From a virus (Duplodnaviria; Heunggongvirae; Uroviricota; Caudoviricetes), in the IMG/VR virus record IMGVR_UViG_2681813318_000003: a DNA stretch of 64,000 nucleotides; one strand, 5' to 3'. Position 1 is the stretch's first letter. Each line of letters opens with the position of its first letter. The translations under genes were made by a program, and so were the position numbers. This document shows positions 47,602 through 58,185 of the stretch, one piece after another. The notes beneath the pieces are model-generated. The model saw only the letters and a program-made list of their open reading frames with translations. It was not told where the DNA came from and searched no databases.

Positions 47602-48080
47602 TGTTGTTTTGCCTCCATATGTTGATCGATTTGCTCATGTGTTTCTTTTGTTGTTTCTTCAAGCAACGCCGCATACACGTCAGTGATCGCTGTTTGTGAT
47701 GTGGCGCTCTTCTTAACCATGCTATTAATCGTTACACTGTCACGTTTTCGTTTTATAGTTCTGGCTTGTTTATTCCGTTCTTCAACCTCCTTAATGAGTG
47801 CGGTCATATCTTCGAAATACAGAGATTCTCCTTTACGAATCTCTTCAACCATCATTTTTAACGCCTTGCATTTGCCTGCTTTGATAGCGGTTGCGCACGA
47901 CTGGAATGAAGTTCGAGGAAGACGGTTTTCTTTGAAGGCAAGAATGGTGTGCTGGCAAACGGAGTAGCTGCAATATGCCGACTCACCGTTTATCTTTACT
48001 TCCTCACAACGAAGTGAATAACCATTATTTCCTGAAATAGAGGGGATTTTTGACAAATCAGCTTTCACAACCACCGCCAC
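47598..48080 (-). CDS. hypothetical protein
   Basis: 160-aa ORF with a GTG start per the track. Confidence 0.45.
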   Translation of the reverse strand: MAVVVKADLSKIPSISGNNGYSLRCEEVKINGESAYCSYSVCQHTILAFKENRLPRTSFQSCATAIKAGKCKALKMMVEEIRKGESLYFEDMTALIKEVEERNKQARTIKRKRDSVTINSMVKKSATSQTAITDVYAALLEETTKETHEQIDQHMEAKQQ

Positions 48081-48135
48081 AAATAATCTTGTACCTACCT
48101 ATCATTCTTTGCGTAAAAAACGACACACTGAGAGA

Positions 48136-48918
48136 TTACCAACTTCCCCAGCTAATCATCTTGCGCTGATTGCTTTCTAAGCGATAGGGGGCAAGAAGCT
48201 CTGTGACATGATTGGTGGCGTATGATTTGGCCTCTTGCTCTATCATCGGTAATTCGTTAGCAATCCTGACCATCTTCCCAGCAAATTCCGCCATTACGCC
48301 ATCACACGCCTTACCCGCATCAACAATGATATGCACAAGATCCAACTGGCTTTTGCACATGTCCCAAAGAGTCGAATATTCGCTCTCCCTGATTAGGTTT
48401 ACAGCATCATTAGCCCCTTTATTAATCAAAACCTCCAACAGATTTGTCGGGGTGACGAAATCGGCTTTCAGAGACAATGTTGGTTCAGCTTTTACCGACA
48501 GCAAGTAATCTTCAAAGTTTTGCTTGTCTTCCAGCAAAGCTAAACTACGCATAGCTCGAATTGATTCTCGAATAACGGCTTCAATATGTTCGTCACCTGG
48601 AGGACAGATAATGGTATCTGTATAGATGACTCTGCCATCAAACCACGCCCCAACCTGCACTTTTAGAGTTCGTAAGTTTTCTTTGCGTACAAAAACAACT
48701 AATGCAGAACGTCGTGCATGTGCAGGTTCGCCCCATACGCACAACTTAACCTTCAGATAAGGTAGCCCCGGTAGAGGGATCTCGACCAAACGAGTGGCGA
48801 TATGATCCATTGCCGTATTGACGGCTTTTTCAATGATGTCTAGCCGATTGCTCTCGCTGATTTCTAAACCAGTTTTATCAATGATGTTGCAGGCTAATCT
48901 CTTAATTTCTTCTTTCAT
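48136..48918 (-). CDS. hypothetical protein
   Basis: 260-aa ORF; AGGAG RBS. Confidence 0.55.
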   Translation of the reverse strand: MKEEIKRLACNIIDKTGLEISESNRLDIIEKAVNTAMDHIATRLVEIPLPGLPYLKVKLCVWGEPAHARRSALVVFVRKENLRTLKVQVGAWFDGRVIYTDTIICPPGDEHIEAVIRESIRAMRSLALLEDKQNFEDYLLSVKAEPTLSLKADFVTPTNLLEVLINKGANDAVNLIRESEYSTLWDMCKSQLDLVHIIVDAGKACDGVMAEFAGKMVRIANELPMIEQEAKSYATNHVTELLAPYRLESNQRKMISWGSW

Positions 48919-49043
48919 ACCAACTCCTAGCTAACGGATGAAAGTATTCTTACAAAAACTTAAGTATGTATCTACTTATAATTTTAGGTGCAATAGTTCC
49001 CTATACGAGGATGCCGGGCTTATAGTCTGCCCGGCATTCACCA

Positions 49044-49457
49044 TTAATGAGCTACAGCCTCACTGTTGCACATCTTTCTGTAGACCTGCTTATAACGCTG
49101 TAAGTCATGAGGATCATTAGGTGCCAACGACTTCGATAGGATTTTGTATACCACCCCTTTCGAAAACATGCCCTTTGGCTTCATTTCGAGTTCAACAACA
49201 TATGAGTGATAGCCCACGTATGCACCAAAGCCATTTTTGGCGTTCAATTCTCCGCACACAAAGCCTGTCACACTTCCATCGTCATGATCAGTCCTGACAA
49301 ACTTATCTTTCCTAAACATCACCGACGTGGGATCTTTCATATCATCCGCAATTGCTTGTTGGCCCAGAGCAATAGCCTTCTCGTCTGTAGGCTTACACCC
49401 CACTAAAGCAAACAAAGACAATAAAGCTCCTGTTAAAATCAGCTTATTTTTGCTCAT
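49044..49457 (-). CDS. lipoprotein of unknown function
   Basis: Signal peptide with lipobox LVGC; 137 aa. Confidence 0.6.
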   Translation of the reverse strand: MSKNKLILTGALLSLFALVGCKPTDEKAIALGQQAIADDMKDPTSVMFRKDKFVRTDHDDGSVTGFVCGELNAKNGFGAYVGYHSYVVELEMKPKGMFSKGVVYKILSKSLAPNDPHDLQRYKQVYRKMCNSEAVAH

Positions 49458-49689
49458 GTTGGCTTCCCTTTATTTATATTTATTGCAGGTATTAGTTAAT
49501 CAAAACACGAGCAGTGCCACAATAATTAAATGGCGTACTATTTCTTATGGTTATTAGTTTCCCGGTAACTTTACCGACCATAAACTAAATCAACAAAGCT
49601 GACATATTAACTAAATTTAAGTACCCTTTTCGCACACTTGACGCTTGCCGCGTCTAAACTGTTCATCCTATATCAACAGAACAAAAAAT

Positions 49690-50835
49690 ATGAAATACAT
49701 AAAATCTTCATCGTTGCTGGCATTAACTTTGCTTTTTAGCTCTGGATTCGTTAACGCAGACAATAAACAAACGCTGATAGAAGCCGCTAACGCAGGGAAT
49801 ACCGCAGCACAAAGTGAGTTAGGGACAAATTATTTTGATGGTATCAATGGTTTTGATAAGGATGTAGTTGAGGCCAAGAAGTGGATTGATCTAGCTGCAG
49901 AAAAGGGAGATAAAGTAGCATATTATGCACTTGGAGTTATGTACACATTTGGCGAGGGTGTAGATAAAGACCTAAATAAAGCTGTTGAGTACTACAAACT
50001 TGCGGGGGACGCTCGTGAAGGTAGAGCCTACAACAATCTTGGTGCTATTTATCAAAAGGGGATGCTTGGTAAAGTAGATCATGCACTCGCCATTAAATAC
50101 TTCAAACTAGCCTCTGATGCCGGGTATGTTAAAGCAACTTCAGTTCTTGGGGCGTATTACCAATATGGTGAAGGCGTTCAAAAGAATTATAAAAAGGCTT
50201 TTGCTTATTACAAAAAAGCGGCGGATCAAGGTAGTTCAGATGGTATGTTCGCATTAGGCACCTTATACGATGATGGTTTAGGTGTTAAACGAAACGATGC
50301 CGAAGCAATTAAGTGGTATAAAAAAGCTGCTGAACTCGGAAACGTCGATGCCATGACAAATCTTGGCATTATGTATGAGAATGGCGAGGGTGTTAAAAAG
50401 GATTATAAAAAAGCAGCCGATTTTTATCAGGCCGCTTGCGATAAAGGAGATAAAAGCGGCTGTAAATACATTGCAGAACTGAAAGAAAGCGGCAAATATC
50501 GAGCGCCGGCTTCCAAAGCCAAAACAAAATCCGCCACCCAGCGACTTATTGCTAAATCCATTGATAAGGGCGTTAACGCTACATTTACCTGGCAGGGTGA
50601 TGATGCTACCTTCACCGCTAATGATGGCAAAGTTGACTGCACCTTCCTGAAGGATTTTTCAGAGAAAGGAGGCAATCTGGCTACCTCGTTTGTTTGCACC
50701 GATAACGTTCAAATCATCCTGAAGCAATTCAGAGATACCAAAAATGCCTACCTCGCGGTAATGACTGACAACTTCAATACTGAAGTTAAATCATTTTCGG
50801 TCAATGTGTATGTGACTAATACTGGTTCAAACTAA
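49690..50835 (+). CDS. secreted Sel1-like repeat protein
   Basis: Signal peptide MKYIKSSSLLALTLLFSSGFVNA followed by ~7 Sel1-type repeats (A..W..KAA..G........LG.MY..G.GV..D); start moved to ATG 49690. Confidence 0.7.
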   Translation: MKYIKSSSLLALTLLFSSGFVNADNKQTLIEAANAGNTAAQSELGTNYFDGINGFDKDVVEAKKWIDLAAEKGDKVAYYALGVMYTFGEGVDKDLNKAVEYYKLAGDAREGRAYNNLGAIYQKGMLGKVDHALAIKYFKLASDAGYVKATSVLGAYYQYGEGVQKNYKKAFAYYKKAADQGSSDGMFALGTLYDDGLGVKRNDAEAIKWYKKAAELGNVDAMTNLGIMYENGEGVKKDYKKAADFYQAACDKGDKSGCKYIAELKESGKYRAPASKAKTKSATQRLIAKSIDKGVNATFTWQGDDATFTANDGKVDCTFLKDFSEKGGNLATSFVCTDNVQIILKQFRDTKNAYLAVMTDNFNTEVKSFSVNVYVTNTGSN

Positions 50836-52008
50836 TGCAGCTATGCCTTTTACCTTGCTTAAAAGTTCAAGCTGTCGTGAGTAAGGTTTTGCGCAATAGT
50901 AGGCTTTGATAATCTGCCCCGGGGTCGCATCGCCGGGGTCTAGTCCTTCCTCGCCCAAACATGCAATTTTCACATTAAGACCGATACTGGTCAGTCGCCT
51001 GGCTGCGGCCATAGTGTTTCGTATAGCTTGCTTTTCACTATCCCACATCATGATCACATTACGTAATCCACGCGTCTTGAGCGTCAGGAACGCGCCTAAC
51101 TGATCTTCTGCATCCTGAGTGGTGTTGCCAGATAGATGCATCCCGAACGTTCCTATTGGTTCCACATAATCACGTAATGTTTCTTCGTCAAAAATAGCTC
51201 GTTTGACCCCCATAACATCGAACGCCCCCTCACAGACAACTACAGTCTGTTTGCCGACTGCATTATGGCCGTTGTAGAGAAACTTACCTGAAGCTGGAAG
51301 CTGCATAGGAAAGAGGTAGCGGCGTTCTGCTGTACCGGTAATGTCTCGTCCCTGAAATGTCTTCATTACCCCATCCAGATCGTAAACCGGTATCAGTATT
51401 CGCATATCGAATATCTGTCCTTTAACCTGATCTGTATACGGATCTACATAGGCGTGCTTGCCTTCGACGCAGTATCGTAGGTCAAAATACTTTGCCATTT
51501 CAGGCGATATGTTTCGTTCAACCAGATAGTCTGGAAGACGGCCATCTATAGGAAGTTCGTAATGACGAGGGAGTGCAAGTGGTCCCTCTAACTCGACTGT
51601 GCTTGCAAGCACTATCTCTTCTTTCTTTGGTGCCCACCCCTGGGAAAGAAGAGCGTTCTGCACATATTCCTCGAACTGTCGTCGTGATTTACCGCTGTAG
51701 TGCTTGAGGAAGACCAGCTTATTGAACTGAATCTCTTCGGGATGATCACCAGCGAAGCATTTGCCGACGCCACTGGTCAGATTGAAATATACCTTCCAGT
51801 TGGAGCTGCCGCATACCGGACATTCCTTGATATTCACTTCACGACCGCGAGCACTCACGCCTCCACGTCGATAAACGATACCTTCAGTGTCCAACCATTG
51901 TTCAAAATCTAATTCGGTAATTAGCTCTTTCAGCTCGCTCACGATAATTCCACTTTTAACAGGCAATATTGTGACCAACCTAAATGTTGATATAACATAA
52001 AGGCTCAT
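50827..52008 (-). CDS. DnaG-like DNA primase
   Basis: Zinc finger CPVCGSS...C..DH and TOPRIM (VVVCEGAFDVMG, MWDSE); start moved to ATG 52006-52008 with the conserved leader. Confidence 0.75.
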   Translation of the reverse strand: MSLYVISTFRLVTILPVKSGIIVSELKELITELDFEQWLDTEGIVYRRGGVSARGREVNIKECPVCGSSNWKVYFNLTSGVGKCFAGDHPEEIQFNKLVFLKHYSGKSRRQFEEYVQNALLSQGWAPKKEEIVLASTVELEGPLALPRHYELPIDGRLPDYLVERNISPEMAKYFDLRYCVEGKHAYVDPYTDQVKGQIFDMRILIPVYDLDGVMKTFQGRDITGTAERRYLFPMQLPASGKFLYNGHNAVGKQTVVVCEGAFDVMGVKRAIFDEETLRDYVEPIGTFGMHLSGNTTQDAEDQLGAFLTLKTRGLRNVIMMWDSEKQAIRNTMAAARRLTSIGLNVKIACLGEEGLDPGDATPGQIIKAYYCAKPYSRQLELLSKVKGIAALV

Positions 52009-52089
52009 GTGTTTTTCTTTTGTGGTTTGGCAAAAGAAAAGTTGTTTCACCAATGAATCAAGCGTGGAGGTGTTCTCCACGCTTATTTT

Positions 52090-53430
52090 TTAGGTAACGT
52101 CTAAGATCCGCTCAATGAAGCGCATTTGTTCGAGGTTTTGTTTAACACGAATGCTGATCCCTCCCTGCTGGTTACGTGAACCAGCAAAGTAGAGACGAGC
52201 CTCTCCTTTCGCTTCTTCTTCTTCGGTTTTGTTGATCGTTATTACCAGGTCAGCAATACGTACTTTTTCGATGTTGTCGGCGGCGTGCATCATTGTGGCA
52301 ACTTCTGACGCGCCACCTTCACGGTTTGTCTGCGATGCCGTGATTCCAGCAACGTTATGTTTGTCATAAAGAGCACGTAAATCGGTGTAGATACTACGAA
52401 TGTTGGCGCGATCATCACGAAGGTCATAACTGGCACGCATCAAATCTGCGTAGTCGACAACAAGCATGTCAGGCACCATGCCATTGGCTTTCATACTGTT
52501 AAGCATACGGTCCAGATCTGCCGGTGACATACTTCCTGACGGACGCTCAACCACCCACAAACTACCAATCCCCTTCGTGGCTCCCAACTCTGCCAACTTA
52601 CGATGAACCTCATCGCGCCGTTCCACCAGCTTGGACATTTCTGTCTCCGACAATCTTGCATCAAAACGGTCGGATAAAATGGTGGTGTGAACCTCCAGCG
52701 AAAGATACAGAACATTGTAGCCAGCAAGCGTTGCATTTATGGAAAATTCACCCATTGCGGTCGATTTACCGGATTTAGCGAACCCCATGAAGAGCACCAT
52801 TTCACGCTTCGCCCAGCCTTTTTGGTACAGCAACCTATCGAGCAGAGGGAGTCCAGTTGTAATGCTGTTTGGCACATACTCCTCTGAAGCCTCATATTCA
52901 CGCGCTTTCAATCGCTCACTTGCGGAGGTGTAGTAGTCATAGATTCCGGTCGCTTCGTTCGATCCAATCTGCTGAACCTTGGCCATGATTGCCATCGCCC
53001 CCTGAAAGTCGCCTTTCTCTTTCAGTTCAGCAGCCTTAATCAGAGCATCATCAAACGCTACACTTTTTGCGAAGGTTGATACCTGGTCAACCATGTACGA
53101 GGTATCGGACAATTTTTCTGCAAGAATGCGCTTAAACGCAGCAACAACATCGGCGAATAGTTCCTCACGGATAGTCTTATCGCGTTTCGCACGCTTAAGC
53201 ATATCCAGAATTGCAGATGAAGAGGGCGCGCTCTTGTACATACGGTAATAGCCCGAAACCATATTAACCAATATGGCATTGGCCGCATTGGCAAATTGGC
53301 TAGGCACAACCAGATCTCCCGCACGAGTAAGAAACTCGTGATCACGACAAAAATATGCCGTCAGTCTGTTCTGGAAATCTTCATCAAACTCTTCGGACAG
53401 CCCGCGTCCTGTATGGCAAAGTTCTGTCAT
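52090..53430 (-). CDS. DnaB-like replicative helicase
   Basis: RecA-fold C-terminal domain with Walker A GFAKSGKST and Walker B LVVDYADL. Confidence 0.75.
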   Translation of the reverse strand: MTELCHTGRGLSEEFDEDFQNRLTAYFCRDHEFLTRAGDLVVPSQFANAANAILVNMVSGYYRMYKSAPSSSAILDMLKRAKRDKTIREELFADVVAAFKRILAEKLSDTSYMVDQVSTFAKSVAFDDALIKAAELKEKGDFQGAMAIMAKVQQIGSNEATGIYDYYTSASERLKAREYEASEEYVPNSITTGLPLLDRLLYQKGWAKREMVLFMGFAKSGKSTAMGEFSINATLAGYNVLYLSLEVHTTILSDRFDARLSETEMSKLVERRDEVHRKLAELGATKGIGSLWVVERPSGSMSPADLDRMLNSMKANGMVPDMLVVDYADLMRASYDLRDDRANIRSIYTDLRALYDKHNVAGITASQTNREGGASEVATMMHAADNIEKVRIADLVITINKTEEEEAKGEARLYFAGSRNQQGGISIRVKQNLEQMRFIERILDVT

Positions 53431-53473
53431 GTGCTTTCCTTTGTTTTTTAAACAAATTGTTTTCTAGTATTAG

Positions 53474-54223
53474 TTAATTAGATAGGGGATCAATAAACCG
53501 CCGTGCTTCTTCCAGTTCTTCTGGAAAGTGGGCGGAAATAAGGCGCTCTGGAACGATTTCCATTAGCCAGATAGCGGAGAAAATTGCGCGTATGCGCTTG
53601 CTGCGAGGGATGGTGCGCAAACGCTCCAGAATCCACTCAAAATAGCTTTCCTGAATCGGGTTGAACTGCATGTCTCCCATATGCTTAAAGCTAACAAGAG
53701 AGTCATCCAGACGGGTTGTTGCGCGTCTGGCTAATTTCTCTTCGAATATCTCAACCAGCTCTGGCTGCCACAAATGCTGTGGGCGCGGCAGCTTGTCCCA
53801 CAGCCGTCGTGCAGCTGCGGAAAGAACGGTGGAGATAAAGTAGTCGTATGAGCAGCAATAGCGGTCAGCAAACTGGCGTGCTTTCCATAGAGACGTTTTA
53901 TTGGCAGTCGACAACTCCTGATAAGGCAGGCGTTTTAACCCGGTGGTGAACGGAGCTGTTTCAAAGTGTTCGCGACCGTGCGTCAGCATGATATTTGAGT
54001 ACTGACGTTTGTATGCCTCCGTAAACAGACAGGTGGCCATAAGAGGATGCATGTCTCGGTAATCAAACCACTTCGTCTCGAAGAGTTCAGCCTCGTCTTT
54101 ACAGCGCGACAAACCAATGTTTTCAGCGACCCACTTGTCCATAACAGCGGTATTCCACTCTGTCATGAAGTCGTACTGGTCGTTGTCGATGGTATCGAAA
54201 AAGATTTGGCTCATGTGGCTCAC
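53474..54223 (-). CDS. hypothetical protein (first gene of the helicase-primase operon)
   Basis: 249-aa ORF. Confidence 0.5.
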   Translation of the reverse strand: MSHMSQIFFDTIDNDQYDFMTEWNTAVMDKWVAENIGLSRCKDEAELFETKWFDYRDMHPLMATCLFTEAYKRQYSNIMLTHGREHFETAPFTTGLKRLPYQELSTANKTSLWKARQFADRYCCSYDYFISTVLSAAARRLWDKLPRPQHLWQPELVEIFEEKLARRATTRLDDSLVSFKHMGDMQFNPIQESYFEWILERLRTIPRSKRIRAIFSAIWLMEIVPERLISAHFPEELEEARRFIDPLSN

Positions 54224-54330
54224 CTGGTAGGTAGTTACTTACTTATCACAATGGACGGATGATAGCGACTGGTGTCAGTTTTTGGAAGTGAAAACGGAAG
54301 GGAGTTGTTCTGGTGGTGTCTTTTAAAAGA

Positions 54331-54384
54331 CCTGCTTCCGTATATATTTAATAAGTTACTTATTATTTATATACAGAAACAGGC
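54331..54384. repeat. inverted-repeat element, copy 2 of 2 (paralogue of 6653..6711)
   Basis: CCTGCTTCCGTATAT...ATATACAGAAACAGG with a similar AT-rich spacer and similar upstream flank. Confidence 0.6.
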
Positions 54385-54488
54385 TCCTAATGGATACCAA
54401 GAACAACATAATTTGACTCCAACTCCAGATGCTATGTCATTGACAGATTTATCAAGGGAGATCATGTTAGAATTAGTGTTTTAGCCTC

Positions 54489-55562
54489 GTGGATATTGTC
54501 ACCATGCGCATGAATAGACTTCCAGGATATGGCCTTCCCGAACTGGCTTTTTGGCCTCAGCCTAAATATGAACGGAATAAATGGTCGATGTTCTGTCTGA
54601 AACTCCGTAATGATGGAACCCTTGCTTGGTATCGGCGATATGTTGATCGTGGTATGCCAAACCACGCTGTTGATGACGACTACGATAACTATCCTGAAGC
54701 AAGAAAAGCGGCATTAGAGCTGAATAAAAACGTGAGCTTTGACATTGAAAAACTTCCTCTATCTATGTTTCAAAAGAAGTCATTGCGTTTGAAAGTTGAC
54801 AAAGCACTCAAAGCCAAATCACGTCTCATGGATGAAGAGTATATAATGCTCAACGAAGCAATTAAGGCACACGCCAACGATCCGCGAGTGACATTAAATG
54901 AGTTAATAATTAACCCAGATTACGAAACTTTGCGTCAACCCCTTTTTGACGTGCTAAGCGAGATGCCTTACTTACATTTTGTTTTTCTTCCCAAATTCCA
55001 AGTTTCACTTCAACTCGTTGCTCCTAACACTTGGGAATGTTCATATAACAACAAAGCTAAGACAGCGAAGATCTGCTACCAAGAACGCATAGCCAGAGGT
55101 TTTGGTTTATCAGGTGCTGCACATTGGGGAAAAACAAAAGCGACTATTCGCTCAATGCTGCTGCCGCGTGCTAACCGGTTACTGCAACTCGCCAGCGTAA
55201 AAAGAATGCTGGATGAAGCTCTCAGGAATGGGCAAAAGGTACTGGTTGTTGGCAACTTTGTTTTCTGGTTTGAGGACAAAAATCAGGTAGGTTGGAGTGT
55301 TAAAGTTGCTAGCGAAAGCGAAACCACCTCAAGAGGCAATACGCTCTGGAAAGAAGGAACTATCATTTCAAAAAATCACGGTCGAATTGTCGTGCTGCCG
55401 TATACAAAAGAAAACGGTAAACATGTAAAAGGTTATACCAAGAATGCCCCTAACGACGGCAATGCAATTCCGAGACATAAGGATGAGTATGTTGAGTTGC
55501 CCTTTGAAATTTTGGATGGTGACTTGATGTTCAGTCTGTTCGGTGAGCTTAACTACGAATAG
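54489..55562 (+). CDS. hypothetical protein
   Basis: 357-aa plus-strand ORF between the replication operon and the par genes. Confidence 0.5.
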   Translation: MDIVTMRMNRLPGYGLPELAFWPQPKYERNKWSMFCLKLRNDGTLAWYRRYVDRGMPNHAVDDDYDNYPEARKAALELNKNVSFDIEKLPLSMFQKKSLRLKVDKALKAKSRLMDEEYIMLNEAIKAHANDPRVTLNELIINPDYETLRQPLFDVLSEMPYLHFVFLPKFQVSLQLVAPNTWECSYNNKAKTAKICYQERIARGFGLSGAAHWGKTKATIRSMLLPRANRLLQLASVKRMLDEALRNGQKVLVVGNFVFWFEDKNQVGWSVKVASESETTSRGNTLWKEGTIISKNHGRIVVLPYTKENGKHVKGYTKNAPNDGNAIPRHKDEYVELPFEILDGDLMFSLFGELNYE

Positions 55563-55622
55563 CTTTCATAGAACGAAATATTTCTAAGGCTGTCCAATGC
55601 AGACCAGCCTTAGAGATTTATA

Positions 55623-55982
55623 TCAACCTTTCTTCATTAACTCGCGTTTAATTTCATCGGTACGCATCGTGACATCGGCAGCAGTGATCGCCTCGTTAAG
55701 CTTCACGATGTCCTCGATTTCCTGCGGTGACTTCTCTGCCAGATGGAAAATGGCTGCTCGAATCACGTCAGAACGAGTGAACTTCTCGAAGCGAGGGATG
55801 AACTTCATCATCTCCAGCAGTTCGAAGTATTCGTCTTCCAGTGACATTGTGCGGCTTTTAATTTTCTCTTTGCCACGAGTCGGGCGTCCCTGTGGTCTGA
55901 CTGGTTGGCGCAAAGGAGTTGTGTTCTTAGCCGGTGCATCAGGCTCTTTGCGCTTTGCTAGGTCACCCATTTTCATGGACAT
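55623..55982 (-). CDS. putative partition protein (small ParB/ParG-like partner of ParA)
   Basis: 119-aa basic/acidic protein immediately downstream of parA; assignment by position only. Confidence 0.45.
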   Translation of the reverse strand: MSMKMGDLAKRKEPDAPAKNTTPLRQPVRPQGRPTRGKEKIKSRTMSLEDEYFELLEMMKFIPRFEKFTRSDVIRAAIFHLAEKSPQEIEDIVKLNEAITAADVTMRTDEIKRELMKKG

Positions 55983-56650
55983 TATTCTTCTTCCTCCAGA
56001 CTCAACAGATAATCTACAAATTCTTCAAACTCGGCTTCCGCCTTTTTGTCGCGCTCGCTACCGGTCATTTCAAAGATAGAACGACCAGACTCTTCCGCAT
56101 CATCATAGACGTTGCGGTTATATAGATTGACTGGCGCAGACTCGATGCCAAACGTCTCAACAATCTCTTTAGCCGCCAGAATGCGAGACACTTGTGATGG
56201 CAAAGCCGGGCACTGGTTCATGACCGCGCGGACCTTCACTTTATCGTTTACATTACGAACATTGTCGATAATAGGATCAATGTCACGCAGAGATTTCAAA
56301 TCACGACGCTTAGGACGAAGCGGGATAATGATAACGTCGGCCATCAGCATCGCTTGTCGCTGAATTTCGGAGTCAAAGCCACCAGCATCTACCACTACAA
56401 ACTCAGCTCTACCCTGAAGCGATTTTAGGTGCTTAATGATGTCATCCTGAACGTATGCAAAAGGAATCAGCTCAAGGTCTTCGTTCTGTCGACGGTCTTC
56501 ACACCAGCTTGTTGTCGTGCGCTGAATATCTATATCAGTGATATAAACCTTCTTCTTCTTTTTGACTTTCAGGCAAACGGCAATTTGCTGGGCAACGGTG
56601 GATTTGCCAGGCCCGCCCTTTGTGCCGCCAACCACAAAGATCTTGGTCAT
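55982..56650 (-). CDS. parA: ParA-family partition ATPase
   Basis: Deviant Walker A GGTKGGPGKST; 222 aa. Confidence 0.85.
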   Translation of the reverse strand: MTKIFVVGGTKGGPGKSTVAQQIAVCLKVKKKKKVYITDIDIQRTTTSWCEDRRQNEDLELIPFAYVQDDIIKHLKSLQGRAEFVVVDAGGFDSEIQRQAMLMADVIIIPLRPKRRDLKSLRDIDPIIDNVRNVNDKVKVRAVMNQCPALPSQVSRILAAKEIVETFGIESAPVNLYNRNVYDDAEESGRSIFEMTGSERDKKAEAEFEEFVDYLLSLEEEE

Positions 56651-56775
56651 TGGAGAGTTCCCTTTGCGTATATAATTATCGTCTGAAACAACTTGTTTTC
56701 TTATATGTGATATAGCCTAAATGCCTACGGCTGCGGTGTAAAGGTTTAATGATAGGTACATAGGTGGGCTTAATA

Positions 56776-56797
56776 ACAAAAAACCCGCCGTAGCGGG
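56776..56797 (-). terminator. rho-independent terminator CCCGC-CGTA-GCGGG
   Basis: Minus-strand read has the hairpin followed by TTTTTTGTT, directly after the 56799 stop. Confidence 0.7.
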
Positions 56798-56798
56798 T

Positions 56799-57572
56799 TT
56801 ATTGATTCATAGATCGTTTACTCAGAATGTTCACTATATGAGTACAAGCACCTGGGGTGAGATTGATTTTATTAGTCCCCCACTCTTCACGTCTTCGCAT
56901 CTGGCCTCCGTCAGACTTACCGATATCCCACGGAATAAAACCACTTACGCCACAGGCATCCTCACCCAATTCCTCTATAAAATTTTCGTTCTTCGTATCG
57001 TAAATTTCGACCAGTCCATGTTTGCGCATACTCACAGCCCAAAGAGTTGCGCCTTTTATCGTCTGTAACGTATCGCAAACCAAGTATTGATACTTATCTA
57101 CGAGATAAAGGTAAGCAAAACTTGCGATGCCTAATCCCATATAATCAGCATGAGTAAAAACCCCTCTAATCTGCTTGGCGCTGACTTTTACTCCAGATTT
57201 ATCCTTGATTGGAAACTCGCAGTAGGCCACGCGGAAGACTGTTTGGACTGGCTGCCCCACATGCAACTTGTAGGATTCAATTTCTGCTCCTATCTCAAGA
57301 GGTGTGTAACCAGCACGTTTGAGTCGCTTAACTTCCTGCTCTTGGTAATCAGGATCACATGACTCAAGACACTCGCCAACAATACAGCGTTCATAGGCCG
57401 AATCAACAAGCTCGTATTCGGTAAATCGAATTAGATCGAAACCTCGGGAGATAAAATAGAACTCACCGAGAGCGATAATTCTCGTCGCTCTCGGCATTTC
57501 AGACAAGACCTTGCTGTAGTCTTCTATTTCAGGGATTAATCTGTTCGCCTGACCAATTAGAGATGGTGCCAT
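56799..57572 (-). CDS. hypothetical protein, possibly acetyltransferase-like
   Basis: 257 aa; HADYMGLGIASFAY resembles a GNAT motif A; weak. Confidence 0.45.
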   Translation of the reverse strand: MAPSLIGQANRLIPEIEDYSKVLSEMPRATRIIALGEFYFISRGFDLIRFTEYELVDSAYERCIVGECLESCDPDYQEQEVKRLKRAGYTPLEIGAEIESYKLHVGQPVQTVFRVAYCEFPIKDKSGVKVSAKQIRGVFTHADYMGLGIASFAYLYLVDKYQYLVCDTLQTIKGATLWAVSMRKHGLVEIYDTKNENFIEELGEDACGVSGFIPWDIGKSDGGQMRRREEWGTNKINLTPGACTHIVNILSKRSMNQ

Positions 57573-57976
57573 GAAGTATTCTGTGCCGTTGATGGTTCCA
57601 TATCATCGATTTTACAGAATTTCTTCATAAAAGACTCTACAACTTGTTTGATTCGTGAAGAAATATCACGATCTAAACACTTCAAGTCAGGATATTGTTC
57701 AGCAACATCTAAAACAAAAGAGGTTCGTTTACCGTTAGCGACAACCTCGGCCAACGGTTTAACCAGTGACGTAGAATTAGAGACCTTTTCGGCACGCGCC
57801 ACATCGCTCTTAAAAGTGACGATGAAGTGCTGGCGGTTAGCTGATTCACGGCACAACATACGTCGCACTTCTACTGCGTCTTCACTGTTGTGAATACGCA
57901 TAGGAAAGCTGTCGATAACCGCAGTATTGGTGCGGATCGTCTGCATAGAACGCGTATTGTCATGATAATTTAGCAT
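57557..57976 (-). CDS. hypothetical protein
   Basis: 139 aa; overlaps the downstream gene by 16 nt. Confidence 0.45.
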   Translation of the reverse strand: MLNYHDNTRSMQTIRTNTAVIDSFPMRIHNSEDAVEVRRMLCRESANRQHFIVTFKSDVARAEKVSNSTSLVKPLAEVVANGKRTSFVLDVAEQYPDLKCLDRDISSRIKQVVESFMKKFCKIDDMEPSTAQNTSWHHL

Positions 57977-58185
57977 ATATCCACCTTAGCCGTTAACACA
58001 AGTGTCATTGCGGCACCCCTCTCGGGGTTGAAGGCTACGAGAATGCGTAGCCTGTATGTGCCCACTTACGTGGATGCCTAATAAATCTACATCAAATTAC
58101 TAAATGATTCAACATGAGCTTGAGTGAACAGGCGTGTATATGAGTGAAGATGCCATCTTTAGGATAAAAGGTAAACTGAGATCAA

